From Candidatus Poribacteria bacterium (lineage in GTDB: Bacteria > Poribacteria > WGA-4E > GCA-2687025), in contig OY762492.1 of assembly GCA_963665845.2 (NCBI GenBank), positions 608,001-672,000 of the forward strand: DNA of 64,000 nucleotides, written 5' to 3'. Shown in pieces: positions 58,772 through 64,000 of this stretch (its first letter is position 1; each line of letters begins with the position of its first letter). The translations under genes and the position numbers were made by a program. The notes beneath the pieces were generated by a model. The model was not told the origin of the DNA. It did not search any database and saw only the letters and a program-made list of their open reading frames with translations.

Positions 58772-60183
58772 ATCTGGACGGACGCCCGAACCTTCTTTTC
58801 ATATTGGCGGATCAACTGCGCCTGTCCTCCTGCGGATACGCCGGCAGCGACAAGGCGCGCACGCCGCGCATTGACCAGTTCGCCGACGAGTCGGTCCACT
58901 TCTCGAACGCCGTTTCGGGCTACCCTGTCTGCGGTCCCTACCGCAACAGCCTCTTCACCGGCAAATACCCGTCCAGCACGGGAATGGTCATCAACGAACT
59001 GCGCTGCCTGCCCGACCCTGACGCGATTGGGCATGTCCTTCATCAAGCGGAGTATGACACCTCCTATATCGGCAAGTGGCACCTGTGGGGGCGCAACCAT
59101 TCCGACGTTGAGCAGTTTACGCCGCCGGGCCCCTACCGCCTCGGCTTTGACGGCTACTGGGCGGGGTTCAACTTCAACCACCGCTACTACAAAGGCTTCT
59201 ACTACGAGGATGCGTTTGAAAAGCAAATCGTGGACGGGTATGAGCCGGATGTCCAGACCGAGATGGCGCTGGAGCGGCTGCGCGTCCATCAGGAGGGGGA
59301 GACGCCGTTCGCGCTCTTTTTGAATTACGGAACGCCGCATGACCCTTGGAACTGGGACAATGTCCCGGAGGATTGGGGCGGTCTGTTCCGCGGGGTTGAG
59401 TTCGGCTACCCTGAAACTTATCAGGACGGCTCGGCGGAGTATTGGGGTCCGCGCATGACAGCGGAATGGTGGCTCAAGAATGTAAAGCCGAAGATACCGC
59501 AGTGGCGGCAGGTGTACCACGCGATGACCGCCAACCTGGACTGGAACGTCGGGCGCGTTCTGGACGGGCTGGACAGGCTCGGTTTGGCGGAGTCGACCAT
59601 CGTTGTGTTCACGTCTGATCATGGGGAGATGTTTGGGGCGCATGGGCGTCTTGCGAAGAAGATTTTTTATGAGGAGGCGGTGCGGGTTCCGTTTTTAGCG
59701 CGGTGGCCTGGACGCATCGCGGAAGGGTCTGTGTCGGACGCCTGCCTGAACGCGCCGGACATCATGCCGACGCTGCTGGGGTTGATGGAGATCGACATCC
59801 CGTCTTCTGTAGAAGGGTTCGACCTTAGCCATGCGGCGCTTGGACATCCAGGGGAGGAGCCTGAAGCGGCGTTCATGCAGGGCATGGGTCATACGTTTTT
59901 ATGGAACGACGGCGACGAATGGCGCGCCCTTCGGGACAAGCGTTACACCTACGCGGTCATGCGGACGGACAGGTCGGAGTATCTTTTTCACAACCTGAAC
60001 GATCCGCTGCAGAAGCAGAATCTGGCGGATGCGCCGTCGAACCGCGCGCTTTTAGACGGATACCGAGCGCAGTTGACGCGCCGTATGTCCGATTTGAACG
60101 ACACATTTGAGGCGACGACAACGTATCGAGACATGTGGACGGAGGATCGATGCATCCTGCGCTCGGCGACGCGCTCGGCGTGA
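58768..60183 (+). CDS. Sulfatase (FGly-dependent)
   Basis: PNLLFILADQ, CGPYR (CxPxR), GKWHL, TPHDP, FTSDHG. Confidence 0.93.
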   Translation: MNLDGRPNLLFILADQLRLSSCGYAGSDKARTPRIDQFADESVHFSNAVSGYPVCGPYRNSLFTGKYPSSTGMVINELRCLPDPDAIGHVLHQAEYDTSYIGKWHLWGRNHSDVEQFTPPGPYRLGFDGYWAGFNFNHRYYKGFYYEDAFEKQIVDGYEPDVQTEMALERLRVHQEGETPFALFLNYGTPHDPWNWDNVPEDWGGLFRGVEFGYPETYQDGSAEYWGPRMTAEWWLKNVKPKIPQWRQVYHAMTANLDWNVGRVLDGLDRLGLAESTIVVFTSDHGEMFGAHGRLAKKIFYEEAVRVPFLARWPGRIAEGSVSDACLNAPDIMPTLLGLMEIDIPSSVEGFDLSHAALGHPGEEPEAAFMQGMGHTFLWNDGDEWRALRDKRYTYAVMRTDRSEYLFHNLNDPLQKQNLADAPSNRALLDGYRAQLTRRMSDLNDTFEATTTYRDMWTEDRCILRSATRSA

Positions 60184-60241
60184 CGAAGCGGCGCGTCTGA
60201 AAAGGTTGTTCAGTTAACGCGGCGAAAGGGAGGATTTTGAG

Positions 60242-61096
60242 ATGAAAGCAACCAGAGTTCTGATGATGATGTTCACCTCTCTGGCGTTGGGGTCGTTGAT
60301 CTTGGCTCTGCTGATTATGCGCAGCGACGGCATCATCGCGCGGGAGCAGTCTCGGCGTTACATATCGTACCGGCTGGCGGACGAGCTTCGCCAAACATCG
60401 GACGATTTGACGCGGATGACGCGCGCCTATGCGGCGACATCGGACGCGCGCTTCGAGGAGTACGCTCAGCAGATACTGGATATACGCTCCGGAACGATCC
60501 CCCGCCCGGAGGAGTACCACACGATCTACTGGGATTACTATGTCGCCTCGAAGGAGCCGCCCCGCGGCGGCGGAGAACCGATTGCGCTCCGAGATCTGAT
60601 GAAGGCGGAAGGGTTCACCAATAAGGAGTTTGCGCTGATGCTGAACTCCGAGACGAATTCGGAATACCTGGCGGACACCATCGAGCGGGAAGCGATCGAG
60701 GCTGTCAAAGGCAATTTTAAGGATGAGACGGGGCAGTACACGGTTCAGGGCGAGCCTGACATGGAGACAGCGCGCCGTCTGCTGTACAGCGACAAATACC
60801 ATGAAAGCAAAGCGGAGGTCATGCGCCCGATTGAGAAGTTTCTTGCGGCGATTGATGAGCGCACCGCGGCGTCTGTCGCCGAGCAGGAGCGGATTCGCAG
60901 CATGCTGGAGCTGCCGCTCATTTTGGCGATTGCGGCGTCGGTTCTTCTCGGCATCATCTCCATTGTGCGCATGGGCAGATTCATTGTGCAGCTGGAGCGC
61001 AAAGAGCAGGAAGAAGAGGAACGGCTCCAGCGCGAACAGCGCATCGCCGAGAGGCGCGCGGAACGAGAGGAAGAAGAGCGCCCCTCCTCTGAATAA
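60242..61096 (+). CDS. Two-TM protein with a periplasmic sensor-like domain and no output domain
   Basis: TM - ADELRQTSDDLTRMTRAY...ILDIRSG..RP...YHESKAEVM.PI - TM - short E/R-rich tail. Confidence 0.7.
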   Translation: MKATRVLMMMFTSLALGSLILALLIMRSDGIIAREQSRRYISYRLADELRQTSDDLTRMTRAYAATSDARFEEYAQQILDIRSGTIPRPEEYHTIYWDYYVASKEPPRGGGEPIALRDLMKAEGFTNKEFALMLNSETNSEYLADTIEREAIEAVKGNFKDETGQYTVQGEPDMETARRLLYSDKYHESKAEVMRPIEKFLAAIDERTAASVAEQERIRSMLELPLILAIAASVLLGIISIVRMGRFIVQLERKEQEEEERLQREQRIAERRAEREEEERPSSE

Positions 61097-61140
61097 GCAG
61101 GCGCGTATTGATGCCGTAACGCAGGCAACGGGGCTGCTAA

Positions 61141-61309
61141 CTGACCTCATGCTTAAAGTTGGGACAGTTGGAAGAACAAAGCCTTTATTCATGGGAAAGA
61201 GGCTTCGCCAACCAGGTCGTCATTCCCGCGCAAGCGGGAATCCAGAGGCGCCGCAGACGACGTCCGCGTTTGCCAGGCGGAATGTTCCAAATCAAGATAC
61301 AGCGTTAAG
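61141..61309 (+). mobile_element. Family-A MITE with a degenerate right end
   Basis: Collinear with 22702-22869: ctgacctcatgcttaaagttgggaca...core...tgttccaaat. Confidence 0.8.
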
Positions 61310-61463
61310 CGCGTTCCGTCTTTCGATCTTCTAAAAGCGAAACTGGTAATCTTTAAAGCTAAGGTCGGCGTTAACAATGATGCGGCGGCCAAACAGCCCC
61401 GCGGGTTCGCTCACGAGAACGAATCCTCAGACACGCCCATTGCCAACCGAAAGGCAATACCGC

Positions 61464-61634
61464 ATGAGCAAACGCAGCGGCAAACGCGCCGGAAAAGGCA
61501 GCGGCAAACGCGCCGCCAGACCGGCTTATCCCGGCAACAAGCCCTCAAAAACGGGCAACCCGTCAGGGCGCGGACGCAGCAGCAACGCGCCGAAAAGCAA
61601 AGGGCGCGCCGCTTCTTCCGGCAAAAAGAAATAA
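61464..61634 (+). CDS. 56-aa basic Gly/Ser/Lys-rich protein
   Basis: MSKRSGKRAGKG...PSKTGNPSGRGRSSNAP...; GAAAGG RBS and its own terminator. Confidence 0.6.
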   Translation: MSKRSGKRAGKGSGKRAARPAYPGNKPSKTGNPSGRGRSSNAPKSKGRAASSGKKK

Positions 61635-61643
61635 ACCTCTCAT

Positions 61644-61682
61644 GGCGGCGCGCCTTGGCGCGCCGCCTTCCTTTTTCTTTTT
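61644..61682 (+). terminator. Intrinsic terminator
   Basis: ggcggcgcgc-cttg-gcgcgccgcc followed by ttcctttttcttttt. Confidence 0.75.
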
Positions 61683-61820
61683 CAGGCAGTACGCCCAAAC
61701 GGAGTTATTGGCGGCGGCGTTTGATCGGAGGATATGTCTTTGTCAACGGCTATGCAGTTCCATTGAAGCGCGTTTAGCGGTAACATTCTCCAGAACAGCA
61801 AACTGCGCAAAGGGGAATGG

Positions 61821-63218
61821 ATGTCGAATCGCACAGCCGCCGCGGCGCTTGAACAGGGGGCGGAGAGCCTTCAGCCCGACATAGAAACGCAGCTGGAGTC
61901 GGTTCAGCGGCTGTTTCAACAGGAGACGGAGCGGGAGCTGCCGAGCCTGCTGCGCGCATGGACCGTCAGCCACCGCCAAAACGCGGACATCGAAGCGGTT
62001 CTAGACGCCGCGGAACGTCTGCGCGGCGAGTTTGCGGCGCTCGCGACGGTCGGCATCGGCGGCTCGGACCTCTCCGCGCGCGTGTACCATGAGACGCTGA
62101 ATCCGCCCTATTTCAACATGCGCCCCAACATTCGCGGCGCCGCCCCTGAAGCGTACTTCGCCGGCGACACCTTCGACCCGATGCGTTTGAACGCCCTGCT
62201 GGACTCCCTAGAAGCGCGCGGGCTTTTAGAAAAAACCTGCGTCAATGTGATCAGCAAATCCGGGCGGACGGGCGAAACGATCGCCGCGCTCATGATCATA
62301 CGCGAACGGCTGAAGGCGCGCGCGGGCGGGCGGTGGAGCCGACAGATCGCCGCGACGACCGGATTGAACGACAACAGCGAACTTTATCAGATGAGCCGCA
62401 AACATGCGTTTTTGACGCCCGACCCTCTGCCGATACGCGACGGGGTCGGCGGGCGTTTTTCGGCGTTTTCTCCGGTCGGTCTATTCTTTTTGGCGGCGAT
62501 GGCGCCTGAAGGCGTCTCGCCGAGGGAGCGCGTCCATGAACTTCTGGCGGGCGTTGAATCGGCGCATCGGCGTTTTCAGCTGCCAAGCGGCGACCCTGAA
62601 AACGCCGCCTACCGGCTTGCGGGATGGCTTCATCAGCAGGAGCGGAATGAGGGGCGAACGGCGCTGGTTTTCTACCATTACGCCGACAACCGCTATCTCG
62701 GCGACTGGTTCACGCAGCTGTATTCGGAGTCGCTTCAGGAGCGCGGCGAGGGGCTGGATGTTCTGCCGGCGCGCGGACCGACAAGCAACCACTCGATGTT
62801 GAACGGCATCCTGAACGGGCCGCGCAACAAAGCCATTCTGTTCCTGCATTGGAACGACCTTGGGGACGATCTGCGGATGCCGACCGAGACCGGCGTTTCA
62901 GGCGACATGAAAGCGTTTGAGGGCTTGTCGATGAGCCAAGCGCAGACGGCGTCTTATCAAGGCACGGCGGCGGATCTGCGCGACAAGGGCGTTCCGTTTC
63001 GGACGCTTCAAGCGCCTGTTCGGGACGCGCGCTGCCTGGGCGAACTGATGCGCATCTTGATGGACGCTGTCGCCGTGAAAGGGCGGCTTCAGGGTCTCCA
63101 CCTGAACGAAAAGGGCGAGCTGAATCTGCGCGCCGAGGAGACCTATCTGCAAAGCGCGGTGGAGGGGTACAAGAAGCGGACGCGCGAATACGCCGAAGCG
63201 CAGCGCTCCCGTTCATGA
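61821..63218 (+). CDS. pgi: Glucose-6-phosphate isomerase (divergent)
   Basis: GIGGSDL, ISKSGRTGET, VGGRFS..SPVG, QLYSES, NHS, QSAVEGYK. Confidence 0.8.
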   Translation: MSNRTAAAALEQGAESLQPDIETQLESVQRLFQQETERELPSLLRAWTVSHRQNADIEAVLDAAERLRGEFAALATVGIGGSDLSARVYHETLNPPYFNMRPNIRGAAPEAYFAGDTFDPMRLNALLDSLEARGLLEKTCVNVISKSGRTGETIAALMIIRERLKARAGGRWSRQIAATTGLNDNSELYQMSRKHAFLTPDPLPIRDGVGGRFSAFSPVGLFFLAAMAPEGVSPRERVHELLAGVESAHRRFQLPSGDPENAAYRLAGWLHQQERNEGRTALVFYHYADNRYLGDWFTQLYSESLQERGEGLDVLPARGPTSNHSMLNGILNGPRNKAILFLHWNDLGDDLRMPTETGVSGDMKAFEGLSMSQAQTASYQGTAADLRDKGVPFRTLQAPVRDARCLGELMRILMDAVAVKGRLQGLHLNEKGELNLRAEETYLQSAVEGYKKRTREYAEAQRSRS

Positions 63219-64000
63219 GCCTGTTCTGGCACTGTTTCGCCGCGTCATGGATGTTTGTTTACGCCGCGTTCGTCTCGGCGCTGGCGGTCGGGCTGGCGCG
63301 CTTAAAGAAGAAAACGCCCCGCCCTCTGCCCAATCCGCCCCCCTTTATGACGATCTTGACCGCGGCGCGCAACGAGGCGGAGAATATCGAAACGTGTCTG
63401 CGCGCGCTGTCGGAGCAGGATTATCCCGCCGACCGGTTCGAGATCGTCGCCGTGGACGACCACTCGACCGACGACACCTTTATGATCGCGTCCGCCTTTG
63501 CGGAGAGCCGCCCCAACATTCGCGTTCTTCAGCTGTCGGATCTGGGCGCGGAAGCGTCCGGCAAACAGCGCGCGCTTGACTACGGCATACAGCAGAGCCG
63601 CGGCGAAATCATCGCCAGCGTAGACGCCGATTGCCGTCCGCCGCGCGGCTGGCTGGGCGCCCTGGCGCGCCGCTTTGAACCTGAAACGGGCGCGCTGGTC
63701 GGCTTCTCCATGCTGGACGCGCCGAACGACAACGCCCCGCTGTTCGTGAAGGCGCAGTCGCTGGAGCTGCTGGCGCTCTTTTCGGCGTTTGCAGGCTGCG
63801 TCGGGCTGAACAAGCCGGTCGCATGCACCGGCAACAATCTGGCGTATCGGCGCGCCGTCTACGACGCGCTCGGCGGCTTCGCGCAGATGGGCGACACGGT
63901 CGCCGAAGACAACATGTTCGTACAACGGATCAGCCGCCAAACGAACTGGAAGATCGAGACCGTCTTTGACCCAGAGGCGGTCGTACAGACGAAGCCGATG
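63215..64000 (+). CDS. Glycosyltransferase family 2 (partial, runs off the window end)
   Basis: Not in the ORF track; ATGA overlap with pgi; TM helix, AARNEAENI, VDDHSTDDT, GKQRAL, DADC, GNNLAY, AED. Confidence 0.88.
   Translation, partial: MSLFWHCFAASWMFVYAAFVSALAVGLARLKKKTPRPLPNPPPFMTILTAARNEAENIETCLRALSEQDYPADRFEIVAVDDHSTDDTFMIASAFAESRPNIRVLQLSDLGAEASGKQRALDYGIQQSRGEIIASVDADCRPPRGWLGALARRFEPETGALVGFSMLDAPNDNAPLFVKAQSLELLALFSAFAGCVGLNKPVACTGNNLAYRRAVYDALGGFAQMGDTVAEDNMFVQRISRQTNWKIETVFDPEAVVQTKPM

Noticed and set aside
61310-61460. Known riboswitch (e.g. c-di-GMP-I)
   Set aside because: Consensus elements could not be matched by eye; an Rfam scan would be needed

Overview
GC-rich bacterial window. 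The WD40 proteins with a YTQWxLPEGAxARLGKG leader, PhyH dioxygenases, sulfatase and a WxxLK C-terminus resemble Candidatus Poribacteria or related sponge symbionts (inference only). Contents in order: a tandem array of at least 5 cytoplasmic WD40 genes converging on a Pup-proteasome operon (arc-dop-pup-prcB-prcA, no pafA) that continues into argS; a peptidase cluster (M32, GGT, three full M16 genes plus a truncated copy) interrupted by a DNA methyltransferase-HNH fusion and a secreted metzincin; an IlvD/Edd-like dehydratase with an FGGY kinase; a trypsin-WD40 fusion with near-identical repeats varying at top-face positions; a Mn/Zn ABC operon whose two permeases carry DtxR domains, with a matching operator; ackA, TonB, DUF1611/dipeptide epimerase, CobW, an NfeD-like gene plus two flotillins, thiG/thiE, tRNA-Lys(CTT), GH2, sulfatase, pgi and a partial GT2. 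Intergenic DNA is dominated by a modular repeat family built on an ATTCCC-N8-GGGAAT core. It includes ~168-bp MITEs with terminal inverted repeats and 8-bp target duplications, hybrids with swapped arms, a tandem array, and one copy read in frame inside a gene. No CRISPR array, transposase or rRNA was seen. All calls rest on motif recognition; no searches were run.
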